Positions 1 through 7,849 of a DNA stretch of 32,000 bases are shown here, in pieces. A program made the translations under genes and the position numbers. The notes beneath the pieces are model-generated. The model was given only the letters and a program-made list of their open reading frames with translations. It was not told where the DNA came from and did not search any database. Within the stretch, counting starts at the first letter, position 1. Each line of letters begins with the position of its first letter. This DNA comes from Desulfocapsa sulfexigens DSM 10523 (GTDB lineage: Bacteria; Desulfobacterota; Desulfobulbia; Desulfobulbales; Desulfocapsaceae): positions 1,050,001 to 1,082,000 of the forward strand of contig NC_020304.1 in assembly GCF_000341395.1 (NCBI RefSeq), in the 5' to 3' direction.

Positions 1-960
1 TCAGCCAAAAGCTGGCTGGAGAAACACGACCTGCACAGAGATAAAGCCTTTTGCCGATTCATCAATGCCCAGTTGTTGATTTCCGCCCAAACCACCTCTT
101 CTTCCACTAATGCACTCTATGCTGCCATGGCCCTTGACCTGCCACGAACGTCACCATGCTCCATTGCTGGTGGTATAGGAACTATTGCGGACATGCTCGC
201 CACGAAAATCAGGAGCCTGGGTGGACAGATGCACTGCGGTGAAAAGGCACTTTCCTTTACAGTGGATAAAGACACGATAAGTGAGGTGGTCTCCAGTAAG
301 GCACGCTATACAGCCAGAGAAATTGTGTTTAATGGTTCCAGTGCCGGATTGTCCACTCTGCTCGGCAAAAAAATCCCCTCGACCTGGCAAACAAAAAGCC
401 GTGCCAGGTGGGGTGCATTCATCCTCCATATTGCTGCTGGTAAAAAGATCATGGAACAACTTACCTCCTCACACCTACAGCTTGTGGATGCAGCTGCCGG
501 GAAACTGGCCGAGGGGGCATCACTTTTTTTATCCGCCTCCCTTCCCTATGACATGACACGAGCACCAGAAGGAAAAGTTGCTCTCAGCATCTCCACCCAT
601 ACGGCCGTTCAACCCTGGTGGGACGCCTGGAACAAGGGAAAGGATAGCTATACAGCCATGAAACGGGGGTACACGGATGAAATTCTTGCCCTGTTGGAAA
701 GCTATGTGCCCGGATTCAAGTCCAGTATAGATTTTTGCATGGCAGGAACCCCAATTACCTACAGTCGTTACACCGGACGTCATCTTGGCCTGGTTGGAGG
801 ATATAGCCAGAATAGCCTGATTCCGCCAAAACAGAATCACTTCGGGATAAAAAACTGCACACTGGTGGGTGATTTCACCTTTCCGGGGCAATCCATGGCT
901 GCAGTAACGGTTGGAGCGACTTTGTCTGTGGATCGAATTTTCCGGCGACTTGAAGAGTGA
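1..960 (+). CDS. FAD-dependent oxidoreductase of the phytoene desaturase (CrtI/CrtD) family, C-terminal part; the 5' end lies outside the window
   Basis: Frame 1 is open from nt 1 into the listed ORF 73-960. The C-terminal block MAGTPITYSRYTGRHLGLVGGY ... VGDFTFPGQSMAAVTVGA resembles the conserved C-terminal FAD-contact segment of CrtI-type desaturases. Stop TGA at 958-960. Confidence 0.7.
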   Translation, partial: SAKSWLEKHDLHRDKAFCRFINAQLLISAQTTSSSTNALYAAMALDLPRTSPCSIAGGIGTIADMLATKIRSLGGQMHCGEKALSFTVDKDTISEVVSSKARYTAREIVFNGSSAGLSTLLGKKIPSTWQTKSRARWGAFILHIAAGKKIMEQLTSSHLQLVDAAAGKLAEGASLFLSASLPYDMTRAPEGKVALSISTHTAVQPWWDAWNKGKDSYTAMKRGYTDEILALLESYVPGFKSSIDFCMAGTPITYSRYTGRHLGLVGGYSQNSLIPPKQNHFGIKNCTLVGDFTFPGQSMAAVTVGATLSVDRIFRRLEE

Positions 961-971
961 AACCTGTTAAC

Positions 972-993
972 AATGACAGTATTCACTGTCATT
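972..993 (+). terminator. Perfect 9-bp stem / 4-nt loop hairpin just after the CrtI-like stop; possible weak terminator or protein-binding palindrome
   Basis: AATGACAGT attc ACTGTCATT at 972-993, 12 nt after the stop. No U-run follows. Confidence 0.3.
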
Positions 994-1097
994 AAACTCT
1001 CTTCTAACCCCCATTGATTATCTCTCGTATAGGGCTATTGTATAAAGCATGAGCAGCAAACGCAGTACAACCATTAAAACTATCTAAGGAGAACATC

Positions 1098-1280
1098 ATG
1101 GCTGATAAATCAAAAAGTGGATTTGGAAATCTTGTATGGGTAAGTGACAAAGACGGTAAACAATACGCCTGTAACGTTGAGGCCCTGAAAGGGAATATCA
1201 GGACAAAAGAAGAGTTGAGCGAAGAGGAAAAAGCCAGCTGTACTGATGTTAGCACCATCGTTGGCACCGAACGCTGGTAA
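1098..1280 (+). CDS. Small (60 aa) hydrophilic hypothetical protein
   Basis: A strong AAGGAG Shine-Dalgarno lies 6 nt upstream of the ATG. The ORF is followed by a clean intrinsic terminator. No family recognised. Confidence 0.6.
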   Translation: MADKSKSGFGNLVWVSDKDGKQYACNVEALKGNIRTKEELSEEEKASCTDVSTIVGTERW

Positions 1281-1362
1281 GGTCGCAGGCATACTTTTCT
1301 TTGATTTGCAGGAACAAAGCCTGAAAAACAGAAGCAAAGAGTAAGAAAATCTTTGTTTTAAA

Positions 1363-1393
1363 GGTGTTGCCTTTCAGGCAGCACCTTTTTTTT
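1363..1393 (+). terminator. Rho-independent terminator
   Basis: GGTGTTGCC tttca GGCAGCACC forms a 9-bp stem with one G-U pair, followed by T8 (1386-1393). Confidence 0.8.
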
Positions 1394-1438
1394 ATTAGCA
1401 GTACCATGGGTAATAGACACTCTGCAAGAGGATGAAAA

Positions 1439-1870
1439 ATGGAATATAATGTAAGTTCACTGACAGCATTGCAGCTTATTGTGGATAGTGGACTGCTTAT
1501 CCTGATCTGGCTTGTCCAGTTAATTATCTACCCCTCATTTCGCTATACCGAGAACAATCAATTTGTCGCCTGGCATGGCAGATACACAGCTCTGATTGGC
1601 TTGATTGTTGCTCCCCTTATGTTTAGCCAGGTAGGAGTAGAAGTTGCCTTTTTTCTGGGGCAAGATCCGAGATGGAACCGCATTCTGATCATTTTAGCAA
1701 TCTGGACAGCCACCTTCGGCCTTTCTGTTCCCTGCCACAATCGCCTGCATAGGCAAGGAAAGGAGCTGATCACCCTTAAGCGACTGGTCACAACTAACTG
1801 GATTCGAACCCTGTGTTGGAGTCTGTTATTTTTAGAAACCGTTTTAATCTCAGACGGAAACTTTTTTTAA
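1439..1870 (+). CDS. Hypothetical integral membrane protein (about four hydrophobic helices)
   Basis: 143-aa ORF with four long hydrophobic segments. It lies directly upstream of the photolyase operon on the same strand. Confidence 0.55.
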   Translation: MEYNVSSLTALQLIVDSGLLILIWLVQLIIYPSFRYTENNQFVAWHGRYTALIGLIVAPLMFSQVGVEVAFFLGQDPRWNRILIILAIWTATFGLSVPCHNRLHRQGKELITLKRLVTTNWIRTLCWSLLFLETVLISDGNFF

Positions 1871-1880
1871 TGGAGTATTC

Positions 1881-2858
1881 GTGATGAACTCTTCCTTTCC
1901 ACGCCCAAGAGTCCTTGTCAGTCGCTGTCTTGGTTTTGCACCCTGCCGTTATGACGGAGCACAGCTTTCTTCAATGGTTGTGAAACTACTGCAGAACCAC
2001 GTTGATTTTATTGATGTCTGCCCGGAAATGGAAGCGGGTCTAGGTGTACCCCGTCCCCCGATCCGTCTCTGTCTGGAAGGTAACAAAGTCGAGGTATGGC
2101 AGCCGGCAGAGTCACGCACAGTCACCACCGCCCTGCATGAAGCCGCAATTCGTCAGGCCGGGCAGCTTCCTGAGTGCGATGGTGCTATCCTGAAATCAAG
2201 ATCTCCCTCCTGCGGTCTCTATGATGCCAAGGTATACAGGGGAATCGAAAAACCGCAGTTTCTGCGCTGGGAGAGCGGTGTCTTTGGGACACTGGTATTG
2301 GAAAGGCTAGGACAGAAAGCGGTGGATGATGAACAGCGTTTGACGAACATCGTTCTTCGGGAACACTTTCTCATCAAACTCTATGTCTGGACTCGTTTTC
2401 GTAACATTGCAGCTCACCCCAAAATGGGTGAGCTGGTGAATTTTCATGCCAGTCACAAGCTGCTCTTTCTCGCCTACAACCAGAGCCGTTTTCGTCGCTG
2501 TGGTAAAATAACGGCAAACCATGAACATTTACCTGCTGCTGAGGTTTTTCAACTCTATGCGGAAGAAATGGCCCAGATTCTGGCCAGGCCCTTTCGCCGG
2601 CAGGCCATGGTCAATACGCTTTATCATGCTTATGGCTGGATTGCAAAAAAGATGTCCAACGAGGAAAAACAATATATTATCAACACTTTTGAAGAGTACC
2701 GCGACGAAAGAATTCCCCTGCAGGCGGCCACCCGGCTTCTGGAAGCCCAGGCAATCCGTTTTAAACAAAAATATCTGCTCAGTCAGATTCTGCTCCAGCC
2801 CTTTCCGCCGAAACTCTCAGACCTGTCAGACAGCGGTAGCGGGAGGGAGGTACAATGA
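1881..2858 (+). CDS. DUF523 (TudS-like) plus DUF1722 (YbgA-like) fusion protein
   Basis: The N-terminus RVLVSRCLGFAPCRYDG matches the Cys-rich DUF523 signature. The C-terminal half is a helical YbgA-type region. GTG/ATG start at 1881-1886. The stop overlaps the next start (ATGA at 2855-2858). Confidence 0.8.
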   Translation: MMNSSFPRPRVLVSRCLGFAPCRYDGAQLSSMVVKLLQNHVDFIDVCPEMEAGLGVPRPPIRLCLEGNKVEVWQPAESRTVTTALHEAAIRQAGQLPECDGAILKSRSPSCGLYDAKVYRGIEKPQFLRWESGVFGTLVLERLGQKAVDDEQRLTNIVLREHFLIKLYVWTRFRNIAAHPKMGELVNFHASHKLLFLAYNQSRFRRCGKITANHEHLPAAEVFQLYAEEMAQILARPFRRQAMVNTLYHAYGWIAKKMSNEEKQYIINTFEEYRDERIPLQAATRLLEAQAIRFKQKYLLSQILLQPFPPKLSDLSDSGSGREVQ

Positions 2859-3145
2859 GTCAGGTAGAAAAAGATATAAGCCAACAACGACAACAGCCTG
2901 AGATTCACCTGCTCACCCTGAGCACCTGTTTTTTCTGCAGCACCCTGAAGAGGCAGCTGAAAGAAGCCGGTTTCCAGTATAGCTATACCGATCTTGATCT
3001 CCTCCCGGAAAGTGAAAGGGATAAGCAGATCGAGGAACTGAGAGAATTCAACCCTGAAGAGAGTTTTCCCGTTATCATTATCGATAATGTTGCCATTGTC
3101 GGGTATCAGGAAGAACGGATTAAAAAGGAGCTAGGCCTCTCATGA
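2855..3145 (+). CDS. Glutaredoxin-like / thioredoxin-fold protein (CFFC active site)
   Basis: LSTCFFCSTLK contains a CxxC motif, and FPVIIIDNVAIVGY is the typical Grx/NrdH C-terminal motif. GGGAGGGAGG Shine-Dalgarno upstream. ATGA overlaps at both ends. Confidence 0.7.
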   Translation: MSQVEKDISQQRQQPEIHLLTLSTCFFCSTLKRQLKEAGFQYSYTDLDLLPESERDKQIEELREFNPEESFPVIIIDNVAIVGYQEERIKKELGLS

Positions 3146-3474
3146 CAGATACAGCGAATCTCTATAAAACCCTGCAGAACATTCAGGAAGCCCTCGGTTA
3201 TTTTTTTAACAAAAACAAAGAACAGGTAGAATCATTGCTTCAGGGACTGATGACCAACAAGGAACGTTACGGTTACATGTCCTGCCCCTGCCGTCTTGCC
3301 TCAGGAGAGAAGGAAAAGGACAGGGATATCATCTGCCCATGTGTTTACCGTGAGCCCGATGTGAGGGAATATGGAAGCTGTTACTGCGGTCTCTATGTCG
3401 ACAGCGACTGGAACGAAGAAAAAAGAGCTCGTGTCCATGTGCCGGAACGACGCCCGCCATTTATCAAACGATAG
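3142..3474 (+). CDS. Ferredoxin:thioredoxin reductase catalytic-subunit-like protein (FTR-like)
   Basis: SCPCRLASG...IICPCVYRE...GSCYCGLY reproduces the CPC...CPC...C-x-C cysteine pattern of FTR catalytic subunits. Confidence 0.8.
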   Translation: MTDTANLYKTLQNIQEALGYFFNKNKEQVESLLQGLMTNKERYGYMSCPCRLASGEKEKDRDIICPCVYREPDVREYGSCYCGLYVDSDWNEEKRARVHVPERRPPFIKR

Positions 3475-3503
3475 AACAGGAAGTTTTTTTTGAGAGCATT
3501 TCT

Positions 3504-3914
3504 ATGAAAAAAGTAACCCCACCAATACGTATTTTTTTTGACGGTTCTTGCAGCGTCTGTGCCAGCGAAATACGACACTATAAGAGTAGGGACATTCACG
3601 GAAACCTTTTGCTCGTGGATATCAGTAAAGAGGATTTTCAACCGGAAAAATATGGGAAAACCATGGAGGATTTCATGACCCAGATGCATGTACTCGATCA
3701 GCAGGGCCAATTTTTTCTCGGTGTAAATGCCTTTCCAGCTATATGGCAGGCATTGCCAGGAAGGTTGTTTGCCTTTTTGGCAATGTTCATGATGCTTCCC
3801 GGTATTCACTCAGTTGCTCGACTGGCGTATATTCTCTTTGCAAAATACCGGAGAAACCTCTTCCCGAAAAAGAACAAATGCGAGACTGGTACTTGCGATA
3901 TTAAGCCTTTATAA
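3504..3914 (+). CDS. Thiol-disulfide oxidoreductase, DCC family (DUF393)
   Basis: The N-terminal IFFDGSCSVCASEIRHY matches the D-x-x-C-x-x-C DCC signature. A hydrophobic C-terminal helix is present. Confidence 0.8.
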   Translation: MKKVTPPIRIFFDGSCSVCASEIRHYKSRDIHGNLLLVDISKEDFQPEKYGKTMEDFMTQMHVLDQQGQFFLGVNAFPAIWQALPGRLFAFLAMFMMLPGIHSVARLAYILFAKYRRNLFPKKNKCETGTCDIKPL

Positions 3915-3959
3915 CGACTAGTTGTATAGAATAATTCTAGCATAAATGAGTAACAGGGA

Positions 3960-5339
3960 ATGAACTGGAAACGCACCGTTGATCAGGAACGCAGTCGCCT
4001 GCTGCAGAGAGGACACTTAGGGGATGGGCCGGTAATCTACTGGATGAGCAGGGACCAACGAGTGCATGATAACTGGGCCCTTCTTTACGCCCAGGAGAGG
4101 GCGCTTGCCCTGCACAGGGGTTTGATTGTTGTCTTCTGCATCGACCTGGACTACCCGGCGGCCAATCTTCGCCACGTTGCTTTTCTCCTGCACGGCCTGG
4201 AAGAATTGCAACACACTCTGCAAAAGGCGGCTATCGGCTTCTACCTTTTGCATGGAGCGCCTGATATTGCATTGCCTCCCTTTTTAAAAAAAATAAACCC
4301 TGCCCTCCTGATTACTGATTTTGACCCGCTACGTATCAAGAAACAGTGGAAAAAGGATACCCTTCAGTACTGCAGTATGCCTGTTTTTGAGGTGGACGCC
4401 CACAACATAGTTCCCTGCTGGCTGGCCTCTGATAAACGTGAATATGCAGCCTATACCATACGGAAAAAGATACAACGGCTACTGCCCAGGTTTCTTACGG
4501 ACTTCCCGCCACTTGAAAAACATCCATATTCCTCAGCCACTCAGCCGTTTTCTGCCAGGACATACCTGAAACAGATCAAAGACAAATCAGTTGCTGAAGT
4601 TCACTGGATCCATCCCGGTGAAAGAGCAGGAAAAAATCTTCTGGCAGAATTCCTGGCCCATGGCCTCCATTCATATTCCACAGAGCGCAATAATCCGTGC
4701 CTAGACGGTCAGTCAAATCTCTCACCCTACTTCCATTTTGGCCAGCTTGCTCCCCAGCGTGTAGCCTGGGAGGTAGAAAAAAGTCCGGCAGACCTGGAAA
4801 ACAAAGAGGCATATCTGGAAGAATTAATCATCCGCCGCGAACTTTCAGATAATTTCTGTTATTACAGTCACGATTATGACCGTTGTACTACCTTTCCGGA
4901 TTGGGCAGGAAAATCCTTGGATATTCATCGAGGAGATGTCCGTTCGTATGTAGCGAATCTTCAAACCCTTGAGAGTGCAACTACGGAAGATGAACTCTGG
5001 AATGCTTGTCAGCAGGATTTAGCAGAGCAGGGGAAGCTTCACGGGTATCTGCGTATGTACTGGGCAAAAAAGATTCTTGAATGGTCAACATCCCCTGAAG
5101 AAGCCATGTACAACGCCATTTATCTCAACGACAAATATTCCCTCGATGGACGTGACCCTAATGGTTACGCTGGTGTTGCCTGGAGTATTGGCGGAGTGCA
5201 TGACAGAGCATGGGCGGAACGGCCTGTGTTTGGCAAAATCCGATATATGAACAGCAATGGATGCAAACGAAAATTTGATATTGCCTGTTATTTGAAACGA
5301 GTAAAGAAACCTGATTACCATCGAAACTCAGCTTTGTAA
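3960..5339 (+). CDS. phr: Deoxyribodipyrimidine (CPD) photolyase, class II
   Basis: VIYWMSRDQRVHDNWALLYAQ and the C-terminal GYLRMYWAKKILEW ... WSIGGVHDRAW blocks are class II photolyase hallmarks. The last 10 codons and the stop lie inside repeat copy A. Confidence 0.9.
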   Translation: MNWKRTVDQERSRLLQRGHLGDGPVIYWMSRDQRVHDNWALLYAQERALALHRGLIVVFCIDLDYPAANLRHVAFLLHGLEELQHTLQKAAIGFYLLHGAPDIALPPFLKKINPALLITDFDPLRIKKQWKKDTLQYCSMPVFEVDAHNIVPCWLASDKREYAAYTIRKKIQRLLPRFLTDFPPLEKHPYSSATQPFSARTYLKQIKDKSVAEVHWIHPGERAGKNLLAEFLAHGLHSYSTERNNPCLDGQSNLSPYFHFGQLAPQRVAWEVEKSPADLENKEAYLEELIIRRELSDNFCYYSHDYDRCTTFPDWAGKSLDIHRGDVRSYVANLQTLESATTEDELWNACQQDLAEQGKLHGYLRMYWAKKILEWSTSPEEAMYNAIYLNDKYSLDGRDPNGYAGVAWSIGGVHDRAWAERPVFGKIRYMNSNGCKRKFDIACYLKRVKKPDYHRNSAL

Positions 5340-5485
5340 CCCGGAGTTGTTCCGTGTCGATTATATGGGACGCCATAACCCCTTCCCTGGGGGCTCTGCT
5401 GCGGCCGTCCAGCCCGCAGAGCCCATATAATCAACACAAAACAACTCTTCCTCAGGCGGGTAGGCTGAGGATTAGTGGTAATCAA
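5310..5485 (+). repeat. Structured non-coding repeat, copy A (MITE/REP-like)
   Basis: 5310-5459 recurs as a reverse complement at 19103-19255 with few mismatches. Nested inverted repeats: GTGTCGATTATAT (5354-5366) / ATATAATCAACAC (5425-5437), and GGGCTCTGC (5391-5399) / GCAGAGCCC (5416-5424). Terminal inverted repeats TGATTACCAT (5312-5321) / GTGGTAATCA (5475-5484). Confidence 0.8.
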
Positions 5486-5496
5486 GTAAAGAAAAG

Positions 5497-6438
5497 CTAA
5501 AATTTTCCCTTTAAAGTAACACCGACAAAAGGTGCAGCATCGAAATCTGTTTCACCCAGTTCGTGGCCATCTGCATCCTCTATGGTAATACTTCCGCCCA
5601 TCAGCAGACCGGTGTTAACATCAAAGCGGTAATCTTCATCCAGCTTCCAGCCCACCCGTAAAAATGGGGCCCAGAAGGTCATATCAGCAATACCGTCTGC
5701 CACCATGCTGCTGTCGTCCAGACGAAACCGATAGGATCTGTAAGCACCGCCGATTCCCACTTCCAGACTGCTTACAGGGGCGTATACCAGCTCCACCCCT
5801 GCCGGGCCAACCGGTCCTGCCGGAAAGGGATTCGTCAGCCGGAACTGCTCGTTAATCTGCCAGTTAATGACCACATAGGGAAACATCTCAAACTGATCAA
5901 GACGTTCGAACATTCCTGCACCGATTCCCAGCATTAAGTGTCGACTAAAGACATAGGCACCTGACAGCACGCCCCCATAGGACAGAGACTCACTGATTTC
6001 AGCACCAGAAGCACTGGCAAAGCCAATAGATGGGATCAGTCCAAAATGCCAGTTTTGTGATGGTGCATAAAAAACAGGAATGGATATCCCCGGTCTGATA
6101 ATTTCTTCCCACAGGTCAACGGAATGCAGTCTCGCAATGTTGGAGAAATCCCAGATCTCATAATCAAAACTCAACCCCAGACCTACTGTCCAGTTGCTGT
6201 CAATGGAGCGGGATGCGTTAAATCGTAAAAAATGACGCTGCACATCGAACTGTCCACTGCTATCCAGATCCGTTTCGAACTGATAGATCGGGGTGTAGGA
6301 GAGTCGGTAATTGTTTTTCGATTCCACATTCCCTTCCCGGGATCCCTCTGGCGGAGGCGATCCGGCAAAGCTGGAAATCTGTGTTGTAAAGAAAATTGAG
6401 AACAGGATGCTGGCTTTGACAAGATGTTTTTGGAACAT
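5497..6438 (-). CDS. Outer-membrane beta-barrel protein with signal peptide
   Basis: N-terminal signal MFQKHLVKASILFSIFFTTQISSFAGS. Alternating beta-strand pattern. C-terminal ...VTLKGKF ends in Phe, as is typical of OMPs. The ATG at 6438 has an AGAGGA Shine-Dalgarno. An alternative TTG at 6465 overlaps the upstream stop. Confidence 0.7.
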   Translation of the reverse strand: MFQKHLVKASILFSIFFTTQISSFAGSPPPEGSREGNVESKNNYRLSYTPIYQFETDLDSSGQFDVQRHFLRFNASRSIDSNWTVGLGLSFDYEIWDFSNIARLHSVDLWEEIIRPGISIPVFYAPSQNWHFGLIPSIGFASASGAEISESLSYGGVLSGAYVFSRHLMLGIGAGMFERLDQFEMFPYVVINWQINEQFRLTNPFPAGPVGPAGVELVYAPVSSLEVGIGGAYRSYRFRLDDSSMVADGIADMTFWAPFLRVGWKLDEDYRFDVNTGLLMGGSITIEDADGHELGETDFDAAPFVGVTLKGKF

Positions 6439-6461
6439 GTGGATCCTCTTTTTGGTTGGAA

Positions 6462-6902
6462 TCAAGGGGAAATACTTTTTTGTTTTGCCTCCTGGTCAAG
6501 ATACTCTGCAAAAGATGCAAGGGACTTTTTATCAAGAGGTGTTGGCTGATGACTTTTTTTGTCAATGAAGAGGCCTGTCTGAGTACCGCTGACCGTTAAT
6601 TCATCGTTGCAATTATAGAAACGAAATTCCATATTAGCCGAGACATGACGCAGTCTGGACAACCACACCTCAATGCGAACGGTATCCCCAAGAAAAAGCT
6701 GCTTGTGATATCGTGCCTCTGTCCTGATAAGTGTGGGGAGAAGACCAAGCTTTTCAATGATCTCATGGACCGGCATGCCGATAGCTTCAAGGAGCTTGAG
6801 GCGGCCGATTTCCATCCACTGAATATAGACAATATTACTCACATGGCCAGCAAAATCGATGTGATAGGTGTGGACATTTTCTGTAAATATTACTTTTTTC
6901 AT
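6462..6902 (-). CDS. Acyl-CoA thioesterase, hotdog fold (4HBT/YbgC-like)
   Basis: HTYHIDFAGHVSNIVYIQWMEIGR is a typical 4HBT N-terminal motif. The start overlaps the upstream stop (ATGA at 6899-6902). Confidence 0.8.
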   Translation of the reverse strand: MKKVIFTENVHTYHIDFAGHVSNIVYIQWMEIGRLKLLEAIGMPVHEIIEKLGLLPTLIRTEARYHKQLFLGDTVRIEVWLSRLRHVSANMEFRFYNCNDELTVSGTQTGLFIDKKSHQPTPLDKKSLASFAEYLDQEAKQKSISP

Positions 6903-7849
6903 CGGCTAACGTCTCTGTAAATGGATTGCACAGCTGCAGGTTGACAGGAGGGAGGCGAGCAGAGTGTGCAGCCGGATTCAAGGAGCAGGGGGTCGTCTCC
7001 TCGAACTCCCTGACCACCAAGGATAATGGGTATGGGGTGCCTGCCGGCCAGAGCAGCAATCTCGTTTCTGTGTTTATCATACAGCACTGTGCTTGTAACA
7101 GAAAGCCAGACACTTTTTGGCTGTATCTGCACAATGGCCTGTTCAAGGCTCTCCAGGGGAAGAGAAGAACCGAAATAGACGGGCCTGGACCCCTCCCGGG
7201 CCAGGGTATACATAACAACAAGCAGTCCTAACCTGTGTTCTTCTCCCGGAAAACAGGAACAGATAACTGGTGGATCTACCCTTTCAGGTACAGCCTGGCT
7301 CGCCTGATCGATGCAGTTGCGCAGATAGTGTTCACTTATACCGCTGATCAGATGTTCACCGGCAACAGTTATTTTTCCACTCAGATAAGCCTCACCTACC
7401 TTTTCCATGGCAGGCAGAATTACCTCATAGACAACTCTGTCCGGACTGAGCTCCAGTAGCGCTCGGTTTAATCCATCGCGAAGCTGTAAAAAATTTACGC
7501 TTTCTGCAGCTTCGATGAGGGGATTGATATAGCTCTCCAGTTCATTGTCAACAAACAGACCGGCTGCTTCCGGTTCCCGTCTCAGCCCTGTTTTATTCTC
7601 AATCTGCTGTAACAGTTTTTGTCTGCCAAAGGATGCCAGTTCACCAATGCGAAGCCCCTCTTCTCGAGTGGCCTCAGCAATATGACAGACAAGGCTCAAA
7701 TCCTCTTCGCTGTAGAGGCGTTGTCCGCCTGGGCCGCGTTCAGGACTCCACAGTGCATAGCGTTTCTCCCAGACACGCAGAAGGTCTGGCGAAATCCCGC
7801 TCTCCCGTGCCAGCGTTCCAATCTTATAAAAAGTCTTATTATTTGCCAT
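6899..7849 (-). CDS. MerR-family transcription regulator with C-terminal cobalamin-binding domain (CarH/LitR-like)
   Basis: The true start is the ATG at 7849 (MANNKTFYKIGTLARESGISPDLLRVWEKRY is a MerR HTH). The C-terminal domain carries E-x-H-x-x-G (EEHRLG, aa 203-208), S-x-L (aa 228-230) and GG (aa 278-279), plus Y-x9-EH (aa 155-166). The ATG overlaps the upstream gene end by 11 nt. Confidence 0.85.
   Translation of the reverse strand: MANNKTFYKIGTLARESGISPDLLRVWEKRYALWSPERGPGGQRLYSEEDLSLVCHIAEATREEGLRIGELASFGRQKLLQQIENKTGLRREPEAAGLFVDNELESYINPLIEAAESVNFLQLRDGLNRALLELSPDRVVYEVILPAMEKVGEAYLSGKITVAGEHLISGISEHYLRNCIDQASQAVPERVDPPVICSCFPGEEHRLGLLVVMYTLAREGSRPVYFGSSLPLESLEQAIVQIQPKSVWLSVTSTVLYDKHRNEIAALAGRHPIPIILGGQGVRGDDPLLLESGCTLCSPPSCQPAAVQSIYRDVSR

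Noticed and set aside
151-891. Antisense and alternative-frame ORFs inside the CrtI-like gene, and similar nested ORFs throughout the track
   Set aside because: They are fully contained in longer ORFs that have clear family signatures. These are typical shadow ORFs.
1800-1811. tRNA T-loop-like string GGATTCGAACCC inside the membrane-protein ORF
   Set aside because: There is no complementary stem or cloverleaf on either strand, and the string lies within a coding region.
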